Positions 27,161-38,592 of a stretch of DNA of 64,000 nucleotides are shown here, piece after piece. Source of the stretch: a virus (lineage: Duplodnaviria; Caudoviricetes). Within the stretch, counting starts at the first letter, position 1; every line of letters starts with the position of its first letter. The stretch is taken from the IMG/VR virus record IMGVR_UViG_3300020352_000805, positions 2,616 through 66,615 of that record; one strand, written 5' to 3'. The notes below the pieces were generated by a model. The model saw only the letters and a list, made by a program, of their open reading frames with translations. It was not told the DNA's origin and searched no databases. The translations under genes and the position numbers were made by a program.

Positions 27161-29509
27161 ATGAGTGCTACACCAAATATAAATCTTTTAAAGATACTAG
27201 GAAATAAATTCGATGCAACTGCAGCACCGACTGTAAATGATGATAGTTCTGCTGGTTATCAAGTAGGTTCAAAATGGATAGATGTTACAAATGATAAAGC
27301 ATATAATTGTGTTGATGCAACAGCCGGAGCAGCCGTATGGAATGAAGCCGGTGGTGGAGGTTCTAGTATTTATACCGCGGACGGTACTTTATCAGGCGCA
27401 AGAACTGTTGATTTAGATGCTAATACATTAACTTTTGACACTGATACCGGTGGACAAATAAGGTTAAATAGAAGCGATTTTAGTTCAACAGATATATTTA
27501 AAGTAATTGGATATACCGCAGGTGGTAATTTACCGTTTTTTAAAATTGGAACTTACGGGCAAATTGAACTAATGGGGCGATTAAATGCAAGTGCATTTAA
27601 AGTTTACAAATCGGGTTCAACAAGTGAAGTTTGCTTTGATACCGGTGGAAATAATGGCGGTGGATTTATAGGAAAAGGAATAGTAACTATCGGCGAAAGC
27701 ACAAGTTCTTATGCGTACCGAAATCAATCGACATCATCGTATTCATTTAATCGTTGGTACAGAGGCGGTAACATTGAACATTGTTTTAATTTTGATTCAA
27801 GCAATCCTTTATCATTTACAGGCTTTTATATTAATGGAATTGGAAGTGATTTTTTTGTAGTTGGTAGTGATTCACAAATAGGAAGTGAAAACATATCATT
27901 ACAAGGTAACACTCTTATTAAAGGTTCTGACAATTCAGCAAGTACAAGTGGGTTTAAGTTTATTGATTCAAATAATGATTCTAAATGGGATTTTAGAAAT
28001 AACGGAGATGTACTAGTAGGTCAAAATGTTAATATCGTAGGTGATTCTAATACACCAGCTACTTTTACATTTTGCAGACCAGCAAACCCATCTGGCTACG
28101 GAGCAGGCTTCAATATTGATATGCATAACTCAAATAGTGCTCAGACAACTTATGGGAGATTTGTATCAATAATTGAAAGTAATACAGCTGGTAGTGAAAC
28201 AGGGCGAATGGAATTAAGAGTTGCAAATAGTGGAACAGTAACTACAAAATTAACCGTTAATACTGGTGGAATTGTAGTAGCTGGAAATACTACTAGTGAA
28301 TCTACAAGTTCTATTGCAGCTTTTATTGCAAAAGGAGATGGTTCATCACAAGATGGTTATATTCAGCTAAATTGTTGGAATAATAATCACGGTATAAAAC
28401 TTAAATCACCACCACATTCTGCAGCCGCAAGTTATACTTTAACATTTCCAAACGATACCGGTTCTAACGGACAATTTTTGAAAACTGATGGTTCAGGAGT
28501 TCTTTCTTGGGGAGCAGCTGGTAGTTCAAGTCCATTAACAACAAAAGGAGATTTATATACATATGATACTGCCGATACAAGATTACCTCTTGGAACTAAT
28601 GGTCAAGCTTTAGTAGTTGATACTACGGAAGCAACAGGATTGAAATATGTAAACATATCAGAAACACCAGCCGTAGGTGGTGGGTTACTTGTTGACTTAG
28701 GAATGGCAAATACCAACCAAGCTATTACCGTGGCTGCAGGAGCAACTATTATTAATTTTGATGATACTGTAACAGGAGCTATAGATAAGAACGGTGATTG
28801 GGATAATACAAATAAAAAGTTTGTTGTTAGTTCAACAAGTGGTAATGGAACTTATCAATTTGAAGTTAATTTATTTAGTCAAAATAGTACTGCTGCATAT
28901 TATAATTTACAAGCATTTGTTAATGGAAGTATAAAAACACCAAATGGTGCTTTTGCTATGACAGATGCTGTTGATGATTCAGGTTTTGACGGAGTAGCTG
29001 GAACTATTTCACTTGATTTAGTAGTAGGTGATGAAGTTGAAATCAAATTACAATCTTATCAAGCAACAACAACTATTTTAGGAAATGGTACTTGGAACTT
29101 TACACAAGGTATGAGAATATCTAAGGCTTCAGGTATTAAAGGAGATAAAGGAGACCCAGGAACAGGAGCCCCAGTTTCTTTAAGTAAAACATTTACTTTA
29201 CAAGAACCAACAGCTTCTGATGATATTACAGTTTTTAGAACGGATGTTGCTATAACAGTACAAGAAGTAATTGCATGTTCAACTGGAAGTTCTCCAAGTA
29301 CAACTTATCAATTAAAACATCATACTGACAGAAGTAATGCCGGAAATGCTTTAACAACAAGTGCTGCAACAACAAGTACAACAACAGGAGACACTGCTTC
29401 ATTAGACGATGCTACTATTCCAGCAAATAGTTGGGTTTGGATAGAAACAAGTGCCGCAAGTGGAACAAGTGTTTATTTAAGTATTGACATAAGATATACA
29501 GAAGATTAG
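27161..29509 (+). CDS. Mosaic tail fibre/spike-like protein with C1q-like domain
   Basis: [19 protein letters not shown]-terminal motif, S/T/G-rich beta regions, [25 protein letters not shown]1q-like segment, short collagen [10 protein letters not shown]. Confidence 0.6.
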   Translation: MSATPNINLLKILGNKFDATAAPTVNDDSSAGYQVGSKWIDVTNDKAYNCVDATAGAAVWNEAGGGGSSIYTADGTLSGARTVDLDANTLTFDTDTGGQIRLNRSDFSSTDIFKVIGYTAGGNLPFFKIGTYGQIELMGRLNASAFKVYKSGSTSEVCFDTGGNNGGGFIGKGIVTIGESTSSYAYRNQSTSSYSFNRWYRGGNIEHCFNFDSSNPLSFTGFYINGIGSDFFVVGSDSQIGSENISLQGNTLIKGSDNSASTSGFKFIDSNNDSKWDFRNNGDVLVGQNVNIVGDSNTPATFTFCRPANPSGYGAGFNIDMHNSNSAQTTYGRFVSIIESNTAGSETGRMELRVANSGTVTTKLTVNTGGIVVAGNTTSESTSSIAAFIAKGDGSSQDGYIQLNCWNNNHGIKLKSPPHSAAASYTLTFPNDTGSNGQFLKTDGSGVLSWGAAGSSSPLTTKGDLYTYDTADTRLPLGTNGQALVVDTTEATGLKYVNISETPAVGGGLLVDLGMANTNQAITVAAGATIINFDDTVTGAIDKNGDWDNTNKKFVVSSTSGNGTYQFEVNLFSQNSTAAYYNLQAFVNGSIKTPNGAFAMTDAVDDSGFDGVAGTISLDLVVGDEVEIKLQSYQATTTILGNGTWNFTQGMRISKASGIKGDKGDPGTGAPVSLSKTFTLQEPTASDDITVFRTDVAITVQEVIACSTGSSPSTTYQLKHHTDRSNAGNALTTSAATTSTTTGDTASLDDATIPANSWVWIETSAASGTSVYLSIDIRYTED

Positions 29510-29528
29510 TAAATAAGATAAATTAGAT

Positions 29529-29924
29529 ATGATAACTATAACTTTAACAGAAGATTGTGAAATTGAGGCCGGAGGTCTTAATATTTACGCAGCCGGAATA
29601 AGAAAAATTTCTTGTCCCGGAAACATAGGAACAGGAAGAGAAACAATTCAAAATTTTAATGTACCTTTTAATTGGTGTTACGGAGAAGCTAACGAATGGG
29701 ATTCTAATAACACTGTTCAATTAAAAATTGCAGATTCAGAAAAGAATATTATGGGACAAGACTTTGAAATGGAAAACGAAGATGGGTCTGACAAATATAC
29801 ATATTCTGATGGTGAAAAAACTGGACTAAGTGCTCTTCATTACACAATGAGCAATTACGGTAAACAAATCATTGAAGAATTTTTTCCTAGTGTCGGTAGT
29901 GTTGAAGTAACTTATTTAGATTAA
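29529..29924 (+). CDS. Hypothetical protein in the fibre module
   Basis: 131-aa ORF, operonic. Confidence 0.65.
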   Translation: MITITLTEDCEIEAGGLNIYAAGIRKISCPGNIGTGRETIQNFNVPFNWCYGEANEWDSNNTVQLKIADSEKNIMGQDFEMENEDGSDKYTYSDGEKTGLSALHYTMSNYGKQIIEEFFPSVGSVEVTYLD

Positions 29925-29947
29925 TTTAAAATAATAATCGACACAAA

Positions 29948-30232
29948 ATGAAATATTATATAATCAGCAAAATAGAATTGGAAGGAACCGATTCTCTTAA
30001 ATATACCGATGTCGGATATACCGAAGATGTTAATATAACAAACGAAATAAATGAACAATATGATATAACTTTAGGAGTTTTTTTAGGAGAAAACAGAACC
30101 AAATTAGAACTAGGAGAAGTATCAATAAGTACATTTTTTAATGATATTGATTCAGTAAATGAGGCAAGAACCGAAGTAGAAAACGTAGAAGAATTAAATA
30201 TTGTTCATATAACTAACCTAAACCAATTATAA
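29948..30232 (+). CDS. Hypothetical acidic protein in the fibre module
   Basis: 94-aa ORF, operonic. Confidence 0.65.
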   Translation: MKYYIISKIELEGTDSLKYTDVGYTEDVNITNEINEQYDITLGVFLGENRTKLELGEVSISTFFNDIDSVNEARTEVENVEELNIVHITNLNQL

Positions 30233-30233
30233 T

Positions 30234-30893
30234 ATGGCGGTACCAACTAAAGGAAATGTGACTAATGCAAATCCCACACCGGGAGCTAATTCAAAAACAC
30301 AAGCACATACTCAAAATACTGGAAGTAATAGATTATTAGTTGTTCAATTAACAATGGCAAATACTGTTAATTATTCCGGTGTTACTTATGGTGGAGTTGC
30401 AATGACACAATTGCATAGTACAAACAGAAGTGGTCTTTCTCAAAGAATGGGATTTTTCTATCTAGTAGACCCACCAACGGGAAACAATAACTGTGTAATA
30501 AGTTTTACTGGAAGTCAATGGAATCCAATAAGTATTCACATAAGAAGTTTTACTGATTGTGGTGGGGTTGGGGCATACGAAAGAAGTGGTGCATCATCAA
30601 CACCAAATACTAAAAATATAGTAGTTGAGGAAGATTCGTTGATTATGACTACATCCTGTTCAGCTAATGTTATATCAACTCAACAGATACCACAAGGAAC
30701 AAACAGAACATTTGTTACACATAATACTAACAAACAAGTAGGAACGGGTGCAATTAGTGCTGATGCTGGACATAGTGCTGGCACAATAAGTTTAAGAGCA
30801 ACATCTACGAGTGGTAGTGTATCTTTAGATAGAGTTGAAATAAAAGGTCTAAGTGGTGGAGGTTCTTCAAGAAGACGAATAATAATTTGTTAG
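30234..30893 (+). CDS. S/T/G-rich beta-sandwich virion-type protein
   Basis: TGSNRLLVVQL..SGVTYGGVAMT segments typical of fibre accessory domains. Confidence 0.55.
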   Translation: MAVPTKGNVTNANPTPGANSKTQAHTQNTGSNRLLVVQLTMANTVNYSGVTYGGVAMTQLHSTNRSGLSQRMGFFYLVDPPTGNNNCVISFTGSQWNPISIHIRSFTDCGGVGAYERSGASSTPNTKNIVVEEDSLIMTTSCSANVISTQQIPQGTNRTFVTHNTNKQVGTGAISADAGHSAGTISLRATSTSGSVSLDRVEIKGLSGGGSSRRRIIIC

Positions 30894-30949
30894 TATAAAA
30901 TATTTCACATTTAATTCACATTTAATTAATATATATAAAATTTTTAAAA

Positions 30950-31522
30950 ATGATAAAATTAGAAGATATTTGCCCTTTAACAGTACTACAATGGATAAAA
31001 GGCGATAAAGAAGGTCAAATTGAAATTGTAGATACTATTGAAACCGCTGGTGATTTTGTTTGGATAAATTTCGTAGGTGGAGGAAGAATCAACGGACATG
31101 TTGTTAATGAAATGATGGTTCATTCCGGAATTGCCGATGAAAAAGCTGTAGAAAAACAAAACCTTAGTAAACAAGCAGACGATAGTGGTTTACTAGATGC
31201 ACCTTATCAATTATCAACACCACCCCCGGTTGTACAAAAAGTAGAACCTAAAAATGAATTCGGATTTGATATTTTAGATAAAGCAAAAAGAGATTCTAAA
31301 ATGCAATTAGATGTTGCTATTGATTTCTATTTTATTTCAGAAGACAAGTTAAAAATGTTGATAGAATTATATGGTAGTGAATTATTAGATTCAGTCAGAG
31401 ACTATATAAGAAATCAAATTACAGAAGAACATATCAATAATTGTATAGATAAAATAGTAGAAGAAAAGTTTTCAAATGTCGATTCATCAAAATCAGATTC
31501 ATTTCCTGGAACCTTATATTAA
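30950..31522 (+). CDS. Hypothetical protein
   Basis: 190-aa ORF. Confidence 0.7.
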   Translation: MIKLEDICPLTVLQWIKGDKEGQIEIVDTIETAGDFVWINFVGGGRINGHVVNEMMVHSGIADEKAVEKQNLSKQADDSGLLDAPYQLSTPPPVVQKVEPKNEFGFDILDKAKRDSKMQLDVAIDFYFISEDKLKMLIELYGSELLDSVRDYIRNQITEEHINNCIDKIVEEKFSNVDSSKSDSFPGTLY

Positions 31523-31556
31523 TACGTAGTAAATATCATATATTAAAATTTAGAGT

Positions 31557-31820
31557 ATGCAAATCACTAGAGAACAAAGAAAATCATTTGTAAAGAATGC
31601 AAGAAAAAAAGTCAAAAAAGGATTGATGACTAATGCAGAATTTCAAGAAATCAAAAAGCAAATGGCTGAATTAGGAAAAGAACAACACGAAAATCTACAA
31701 CAGCAACTAAAAGAAAATAATGGCGTTTCTAGTCAAAAAATTCATTCGATAGATACAGAAACCGAAATAGATATTGATGCTGAATTATCGGAAGAAGACT
31801 TTACACCAGACGATTTATAA
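31557..31820 (+). CDS. Hypothetical protein, basic N-half and acidic tail
   Basis: 87-aa ORF. Confidence 0.65.
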   Translation: MQITREQRKSFVKNARKKVKKGLMTNAEFQEIKKQMAELGKEQHENLQQQLKENNGVSSQKIHSIDTETEIDIDAELSEEDFTPDDL

Positions 31821-32254
31821 TGAATAATTTTTTTATAATTCATACAAAAGAACATTCAGGATTCAAGGATTTTATTAAAAAGAAACCGGGTAGTATTACA
31901 GTATCTTATGTTGATATATTAAATCAACAAGAAAAATACTTATTATTCGGTGAAAGTAAAAACAATAGTGTTCTAAGTTGTGAACTATTCAATAAATTAT
32001 ATGATTCAATTACAAACTTACACAATCTAAAGTATCATACTATATTTTATTATACAGATACTTTAGATTCTGTTATTCTTGAAAACTTTATCGGAACTAT
32101 TGAAAGTTATAGAAAAAAGTTGCAAGTTGTAATGGAAATTCAGATATGCGACTTAGATGAACCTACTGAAATAAATACAGAATGCCTAAATCAAATAACA
32201 ACGATAAAAAATATAAACCAAGTAAACAAGGAATATATTCTTCAGATATTCTAA
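31820..32254 (+). CDS. Hypothetical protein
   Basis: 144-aa ORF with stop/start overlap. Confidence 0.6.
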   Translation: MNNFFIIHTKEHSGFKDFIKKKPGSITVSYVDILNQQEKYLLFGESKNNSVLSCELFNKLYDSITNLHNLKYHTIFYYTDTLDSVILENFIGTIESYRKKLQVVMEIQICDLDEPTEINTECLNQITTIKNINQVNKEYILQIF

Positions 32255-33006
32255 GAGATAAAGTTTACAAAAAAGGTGATACGGTTTATTTTTTACTTTT
32301 TTCATACAACAATCCGGATACTATAAAAGCCTTTTCTGGTGAAATCCTACGACACAAAACAAATGCTGACCATACATTAGAATACGTTATTAGAATAAAA
32401 AATGCATTCGAAAAAAGAGAAATGCTTAAAGATTTCTTTCATAACAATTGGTTCAAAACTGCAATCAAATCACACGATATTCAAGATTCTGTACTAAACG
32501 AAGGAGTTAAGATGTTTTCGTTTGTTGATTCTGAATTGGTACAAGAAATTGAAAATAAAGATTTTAGTTACGGAAAATACAAAACATTCTTTAAAAATCA
32601 ATCTGATAAATTTGTTTTTTGGGTAAACGAAGCATTTGTTTTTGATAGACATTACGATTCTATGACTTATCTTAGTAAATTAAACTTTATGTCGGCTTGT
32701 AAGTGTTTAAAACAATTGCACGATATTGTAGTTTCGAAACATAATGTTCAAAGTGCAAGTAAAATATATACAAATTCTACACAAAAATTTATTCAAGAAA
32801 ATAAACCTATGATATTAAAAATCATAGATGATATGGGCCCTGAATATGAACATTATAAGAAAACAAACAAAACTATTTATGATTTTTTTGATGAATATAT
32901 CTTAGGTAGACCAGCAAGAAGAATCGAATTTAGTAAAAGTAGAAAGAAAAATGTTTTGTATTATACGAATCGAGACCTATATAGAGAAAAGGAAAATCGA
33001 GATTGA
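32182..33006 (+). CDS. Hypothetical protein
   Basis: 274-aa ORF overlapping the previous gene by 73 nt; start uncertain. Confidence 0.65.
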   Translation: MPKSNNNDKKYKPSKQGIYSSDILRDKVYKKGDTVYFLLFSYNNPDTIKAFSGEILRHKTNADHTLEYVIRIKNAFEKREMLKDFFHNNWFKTAIKSHDIQDSVLNEGVKMFSFVDSELVQEIENKDFSYGKYKTFFKNQSDKFVFWVNEAFVFDRHYDSMTYLSKLNFMSACKCLKQLHDIVVSKHNVQSASKIYTNSTQKFIQENKPMILKIIDDMGPEYEHYKKTNKTIYDFFDEYILGRPARRIEFSKSRKKNVLYYTNRDLYREKENRD

Positions 33007-33050
33007 CCTAATTTAGAAAAAGATTAAATAATATAAATCTTAGGTCTTTT

Positions 33051-34616
33051 ATGAGTGCTGGCGAAACCCCAAAAAGTGAAACAACGAAATATATTGAAAG
33101 TTCAATTAAAGGAGATACTATCAATCTACCTGAAGGACCGATGTATGATGAAAAAGGCAAAAAGACAAGTAAAAACTTTCCTGCATTAGAAGGTAAGCAA
33201 TCTATGTTGCACTCTCTTTCTGTTATTCATTATAATGATATGTTTGAACAAGGAGCAAAATTATCAGCCGATTCTTTTAACATAAAAGAAAGTAGATATT
33301 TTAATGGAAAAACTGCTAAAGGATATAGAAATCCATCAGGTTCTAATATTGTTTCGGCATTTAATGAAGCACAAGTAAATCACGCAATGCAATATAAATG
33401 GGGTGACTTTTTATTTGTAGATGATTACGGAAAAGTACCTAATAACCACTTAATTACACTTAGAAGATTTCCACAACCAAGTAACGATAACTTACTTAAT
33501 AATTTACAAAATCCAAATAGAGATGTTTCTAGGTTATTGACTTATATAGATGGGGAATCAAATGCATTTGATAGTGTTTTTTCTTTTAGTGCTGGGTTTA
33601 ATTGGAAAGAATTTCAAAGTGAAATTCAAACAATGGATAAATCAAAAACTGGATTCGGTAAATTAGATTTTTTAGGATATGCAGATACTAGTGGCAGTTT
33701 TGCAAAAGAAAAATTAAGAGGAGAAGCAGCAACTAATTTTGACCCGTATTCATCTCATGCCGCAAACTATACTTTTGGGCCAATAGATGTTATTGATAAA
33801 ATAATGACTAGAGATAAAGGTATAAACTTTACACAAGACATAACTTTAAAATTTAGATATGCTGTTCGTTCTTACGATGGTATAACTACAAAAGTTGCAT
33901 TTTTAGATATTATAGGTAACATGTTGAATATGGTTACAAATAAAGCACCTTTTTGGGGAGGAGCCGTTAGATTTACTGGTGGTGGTGGACATTCAGGACC
34001 ACTAGGAGATTCTAAAATGCTAAAAAATGGCGACGTAAGTGGGTTCTTAAAATCTTTCATGGGAGATATTACTGATAAATTATCTAAACCTTTTGAAGGT
34101 GGAATAATGAAAGGTATAAAAACATTAGCCGGAAATGCAGCTGCATCTATGTTAGGTGGGGGAATGGATAAATTAGGTAGACCAGAAATGTTTTCTTTGC
34201 ATTCGTTACTAACAGCTAATCCAACAGGAGAATGGCATTTAACGGTTGGAAACCCTTTCAATCCAGCTATGATGTATGGAAATTTGATTATGGAAGATGC
34301 ATCTTTCAGTATGGAAGGACCATTTACAGCAGACGATGTTCCTAGTTATGTAAATTTAGAAGTTAAATTAAAACATGCAATGCCTAGAGATAAATATGGA
34401 ATAGAAAGAATGTTCAATTTCGGAGGTAGTAGATTTTATGGTAGTAATGCCGATTTCGAAAACAAATCTTATTATAGAAATAAGGATGGAAATAGTTCCG
34501 GAACAAAAGGAAATAATGTTGCACTTAAAATAGCAAATCAGGCCGAGAGTGCTGCAGTTTCTTTAGTAAAAAGTGGTAGATTTCAAAGCCCTAATGCCGG
34601 TAAAGTAATAGCATAA
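33051..34616 (+). CDS. Putative baseplate/tail-tube-initiator-type structural protein
   Basis: First gene of the gp53-hub-gp5 block, preceded by GATTAAATA; function inferred from position only. Confidence 0.4.
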   Translation: MSAGETPKSETTKYIESSIKGDTINLPEGPMYDEKGKKTSKNFPALEGKQSMLHSLSVIHYNDMFEQGAKLSADSFNIKESRYFNGKTAKGYRNPSGSNIVSAFNEAQVNHAMQYKWGDFLFVDDYGKVPNNHLITLRRFPQPSNDNLLNNLQNPNRDVSRLLTYIDGESNAFDSVFSFSAGFNWKEFQSEIQTMDKSKTGFGKLDFLGYADTSGSFAKEKLRGEAATNFDPYSSHAANYTFGPIDVIDKIMTRDKGINFTQDITLKFRYAVRSYDGITTKVAFLDIIGNMLNMVTNKAPFWGGAVRFTGGGGHSGPLGDSKMLKNGDVSGFLKSFMGDITDKLSKPFEGGIMKGIKTLAGNAAASMLGGGMDKLGRPEMFSLHSLLTANPTGEWHLTVGNPFNPAMMYGNLIMEDASFSMEGPFTADDVPSYVNLEVKLKHAMPRDKYGIERMFNFGGSRFYGSNADFENKSYYRNKDGNSSGTKGNNVALKIANQAESAAVSLVKSGRFQSPNAGKVIA

Positions 34617-35119
34617 TGGAAAATTTAAACAGTAAAATACAAATAAGTAAAGACGAAATAACTAATATAGTTGATTTTGCAGAACCTACGTTTGTTCCAG
34701 AATATAATAGCGTACATTTTCTTGTAAAGAAATTGATAAAGGTTTCGGAAGAATATGACCGTAGAGTTGATTTAATATCTTTAGCCGTTTATAATTCAGA
34801 TGATTACGTTGATATAATTTTAAAATGTAATGAAATATCAGACCCTTTGAGTGTAAGAACTGGTGATATTATTCTTATTCCGGAATTAGATAATGCTAAG
34901 AATTTTTATAAAAACCCAAATAAAGAATCTAAGGAATCTAAACAAAAATATATTGATTCTACTAAGAAAAGTAAAGTTGATACTAAACGCTTAGAAACAC
35001 TTGCAAAAATTAGTAGTAGTGTTAAAAATGGTTCGAAAGTAAACGTAAAACCTAATGAACTTAAACCAGGAGAATCTAATATTGATATAAATAAAGAAAC
35101 TAACAGTATTAGTGTATAA
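34616..35119 (+). CDS. Baseplate wedge protein, gp53-like (LysM-like)
   Basis: RRVDLISLAVYNSDDYVDIILKCNEISDPLSVRTGDIILIP. Confidence 0.7.
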   Translation: MENLNSKIQISKDEITNIVDFAEPTFVPEYNSVHFLVKKLIKVSEEYDRRVDLISLAVYNSDDYVDIILKCNEISDPLSVRTGDIILIPELDNAKNFYKNPNKESKESKQKYIDSTKKSKVDTKRLETLAKISSSVKNGSKVNVKPNELKPGESNIDINKETNSISV

Positions 35120-36594
35120 TGGTAACAGGAAGCAAGAACTCAGACATATTGACAATCAAAGAACCGGCTGTTGTTTTAGAACAAATAGAAGTAGGTAACT
35201 TTGAAGACGAAAGACAAACAACCGCAAATAAAGAAAAATATATGGGGAATAGTACACCTCATATAAAGATTAATGGGTATGAAATGGATTCTAATACCAT
35301 TATCAAATTTAAAATTCATTCTAAAGATTTTGTACCTACAATAGATTTAGCATTCAATGATGTTTCTAAACAATTTCAAAACGATTTTCCTAAAGATGGT
35401 GATTTAATAGAATTGTATATTAGAAGTAGAAACAATAATGCAAAAAAGAAAATAAGAATAAATTTTGATATTCTTTCTATAAAAGGTCAACCATCTAAAA
35501 ATAAAAATATTTATAGTTTAACGGGTATAATGAAAGTACCTAATTTATTCAGCGAAAAACAACTATCTTTTTTAGAAGACACTTCGTACAATCATTTATT
35601 ATCAGTTTGTGATGAAACCGAATTAGGTTTTGCATCTAACGAAACGGTTACAAATGATAAAATGCCACGTTTTAATCCGAACAATACTATAAAAGATTTC
35701 ATAATGAAAACAGTTGATTATTCATATAAAGATGAAAATAGTTTTTTTACCTCTTATATCGACTTATATTATTACCTTACACTTGTAAATGTAAATACTC
35801 TTTTTTCTATGGATGAAACTTTAGAAGATGGAATTGCCGATATAGTATCATCCGTAACCGAAGATAAAGATTCACAAAGTGAAGGTGTTAAGGGAGATGA
35901 TACTAAAATTATTTTATCTAATCACGATAATTTTAGTAATACAACTAACTATATAAAAAGTTATAATCTTTTTAATAATTCAGGTCAAATATGGATGACA
36001 AATGGATATAAAAGGTATAGTCAATATTTAGATATGGATACTTATGAATTTCAATCTTTCTTTGTTGACCCTTTAACAACGGATGGTGCAGAAAATAATT
36101 TAGTTATCTTAAAAGGTAAAGCTGGAGATGAATCGTATCAATTACAAAATAAATTTTTATATCAAGGTAGGCAATTTAGTACTTTAAATGAAGGAAACTT
36201 ACATCCAAATTATCATTATGCTAAAATTTTGAACTATCAAAACAACGAAGAATTAAATAAAATGGGACTAAGTATAACTTTACAAGATATATCTAGTTCT
36301 ATATCAAGGTATAAAAGAATTCCGGTTGCAATTTACGAAAGAGAAGTTGGATTGATAGCAAATGCTGGAATGAAATACGGAGATGCAGAAAGAGATACAC
36401 AACCAGAACAAGGTAGTGATACATACGATAGACCTGAAAACTTTATTGCAAATAGTTTTATCAGTGGATTTTATGTTGTTCGTGATTTTTCTATTAATTG
36501 GGATAAAACTAATGGTTTTACACAAACAGTTAATTTGATAAGAAGAGAATGGCCAATGCCGTATAGTGCTGGAGTTGCAAAAAATAAAAATTAG
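35119..36594 (+). CDS. Putative baseplate hub protein (gp27-like position)
   Basis: Between the gp53-like and gp5-like genes; C-terminal SGFYVVRDFSINW..FTQTVNLIRREW resembles hub C-termini. Confidence 0.45.
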   Translation: MVTGSKNSDILTIKEPAVVLEQIEVGNFEDERQTTANKEKYMGNSTPHIKINGYEMDSNTIIKFKIHSKDFVPTIDLAFNDVSKQFQNDFPKDGDLIELYIRSRNNNAKKKIRINFDILSIKGQPSKNKNIYSLTGIMKVPNLFSEKQLSFLEDTSYNHLLSVCDETELGFASNETVTNDKMPRFNPNNTIKDFIMKTVDYSYKDENSFFTSYIDLYYYLTLVNVNTLFSMDETLEDGIADIVSSVTEDKDSQSEGVKGDDTKIILSNHDNFSNTTNYIKSYNLFNNSGQIWMTNGYKRYSQYLDMDTYEFQSFFVDPLTTDGAENNLVILKGKAGDESYQLQNKFLYQGRQFSTLNEGNLHPNYHYAKILNYQNNEELNKMGLSITLQDISSSISRYKRIPVAIYEREVGLIANAGMKYGDAERDTQPEQGSDTYDRPENFIANSFISGFYVVRDFSINWDKTNGFTQTVNLIRREWPMPYSAGVAKNKN

Positions 36595-36596
36595 AA

Positions 36597-37856
36597 ATGG
36601 CTGATAAATTGAACGAACTGACAGAAGACGCAAGTAAATTTGCAGATAGACTACCTAAAAACGAAAATAATGTTTTTAGGAGACAAGCAAGAAACGATGA
36701 TTTTTTATCTATGTTTCAGGACCCTACTACTTTAGGTTTTAAACTTTTTTTCATAAATATAGGTAGTGCAACGGCCACAGGAACACTAAATTTTAAAGAT
36801 TTAAAAAATCTAATTAAACCGGGAGGGTTAGAAAGTTTTTTAGAAGATTCAAATGTAGAAACTTTAAATGTTACGAACTCAACCGGACTTTTCGGTAATA
36901 TAGACAATCCGAATTCAGCACTGTACTACTTAAAAAAAATGGGAGATGTTGCTCGTGTCACAATGCTTGTTGATTTTATAGAAACTTTAAGTAGATTAAA
37001 TTCAGAATTTCCATGGTACTTTCAATCAATAGATGGTTTGTCGGATGCTTGGGCAAGAGATTTTAACAAACCAAAATTTAAAAAAGAAGTAACAATTTCT
37101 TGTTTAGAATCCATTGATTTAAGAATAACAGCATTAATGGATTTATATAGAAAAATTGCATATGATTGGAAAAATAGAAGATGTATATTACCTGAAAATC
37201 TTAGAAAATTTGAAATGACAATAAAGGTTTATGATATTAGAAATTTTAAAAAAAGTCCTAAAAATTTAATGGGCGTTCCTACCGAATTCAATTCTAATAA
37301 GTATAAAATAAATTCAGAATTTTTAGGAGAAGATTATACTGATACTACACAAATTACATTCAATTTATCACATTGTGAATTTTTACCCGATGAAAGTGGA
37401 GCAATGTTGGGTACAGTTTCTAATTCTTCATATGAAAATGCAAGTCAATCTATTAAGATTTCATATGAAAATATAGAAGAAGATAGTATTTATAGGATTT
37501 TAGCAACTTTAAGTAAAACAGAAAAATATTATAAAGTAAAAGATTACTTAAATGCAGAAATGGATTTTCTTAAAGGTAAAGACGGATTAAACGATTTGGC
37601 ATTTCAACCACCCGAAATGCAAGGTATTTTTGGTTCACTAATAGATGATATTACACAAAATGTTTCTAGTCAAGCTGCTAATTTAGTTAAAAATAAGTTA
37701 TCATCTCTTTTTATTGGTAATGTTTACGGATTTAGTGCAAGTAATATTTTAGGAAATGCAAGAAATGCTATTGTAAATGCACCCGGTAGAGTATTGAAAG
37801 GTGCCGATAAAAAACTAAAAGATTTAGGTAATACATTCGGTAAAGATAAAAAATAA
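36597..37856 (+). CDS. Structural protein, possibly tail-tube-fold (gp48/gp54-like)
   Basis: Position in the baseplate block; no decisive motif. Confidence 0.35.
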   Translation: MADKLNELTEDASKFADRLPKNENNVFRRQARNDDFLSMFQDPTTLGFKLFFINIGSATATGTLNFKDLKNLIKPGGLESFLEDSNVETLNVTNSTGLFGNIDNPNSALYYLKKMGDVARVTMLVDFIETLSRLNSEFPWYFQSIDGLSDAWARDFNKPKFKKEVTISCLESIDLRITALMDLYRKIAYDWKNRRCILPENLRKFEMTIKVYDIRNFKKSPKNLMGVPTEFNSNKYKINSEFLGEDYTDTTQITFNLSHCEFLPDESGAMLGTVSNSSYENASQSIKISYENIEEDSIYRILATLSKTEKYYKVKDYLNAEMDFLKGKDGLNDLAFQPPEMQGIFGSLIDDITQNVSSQAANLVKNKLSSLFIGNVYGFSASNILGNARNAIVNAPGRVLKGADKKLKDLGNTFGKDKK

Positions 37857-37858
37857 CT

Positions 37859-38590
37859 ATGTTTAAAGATATTACATTAGGAACTATATGGGTTGGAGAA
37901 GTCATAAATACAGGAGACCCTTTACAACTTGGAAGAGTTAAGATAAAAGTATTCGGTAAATACGATGAACTTGAAGAAGAAGTTATTCCATGGGCAATTC
38001 CTTATAATCAACTTTCATCAGGAACAGTTTATATACCAAAAGTAGGAGAAATTTGTAATGTTTTTTTCGAAAACGGAGATGAAAATATTCCTTTCTTTAT
38101 GGGAATATCTAAAACAAATGATGACCTTTTAGGTGAATATGCCGAAGATTATCCAAAAGTTTGGTCAATAGTTTATGACAAAAGAGCCGGAGAAGATGCA
38201 ACAGGAGAAGTATCCGATGAAAGAACACTTGAAATATTTTATACAGAAACACAAGGATTAATTATTAGAAAAAATGATTCTTTTATTCAATTCAAAAATG
38301 AAGACGAAAGCATTTTACTTACCAATGGTTCAACAGGAAAAGTTGTTCATATTTCAGATGATGGAATTAGTTTAGGTACAGAAGGAACAAGTTTAGAGCC
38401 AGCAGTTTTGGGAGATACTTTAGAAAAACTACTTACTGAATTGATAAATGAAATAGGTCTTTTAGTAATACCTACACCAGCAGGACCCGCACCCGTAAGT
38501 AGTGCACCAAATTGGTCAAAGATACAAGGACTTAATCAAAAATGGGTAGATTTTAAATCCTTATTAGTAACCTTAGATAAAGAAAAATAA
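37859..38590 (+). CDS. Baseplate central spike, gp5 OB-fold domain
   Basis: GEVINTGDPLQLGRVKIKVFG, PWAIP, IPKVGEICNVFFENGD. Confidence 0.85.
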   Translation: MFKDITLGTIWVGEVINTGDPLQLGRVKIKVFGKYDELEEEVIPWAIPYNQLSSGTVYIPKVGEICNVFFENGDENIPFFMGISKTNDDLLGEYAEDYPKVWSIVYDKRAGEDATGEVSDERTLEIFYTETQGLIIRKNDSFIQFKNEDESILLTNGSTGKVVHISDDGISLGTEGTSLEPAVLGDTLEKLLTELINEIGLLVIPTPAGPAPVSSAPNWSKIQGLNQKWVDFKSLLVTLDKEK

Positions 38591-38592
38591 TA

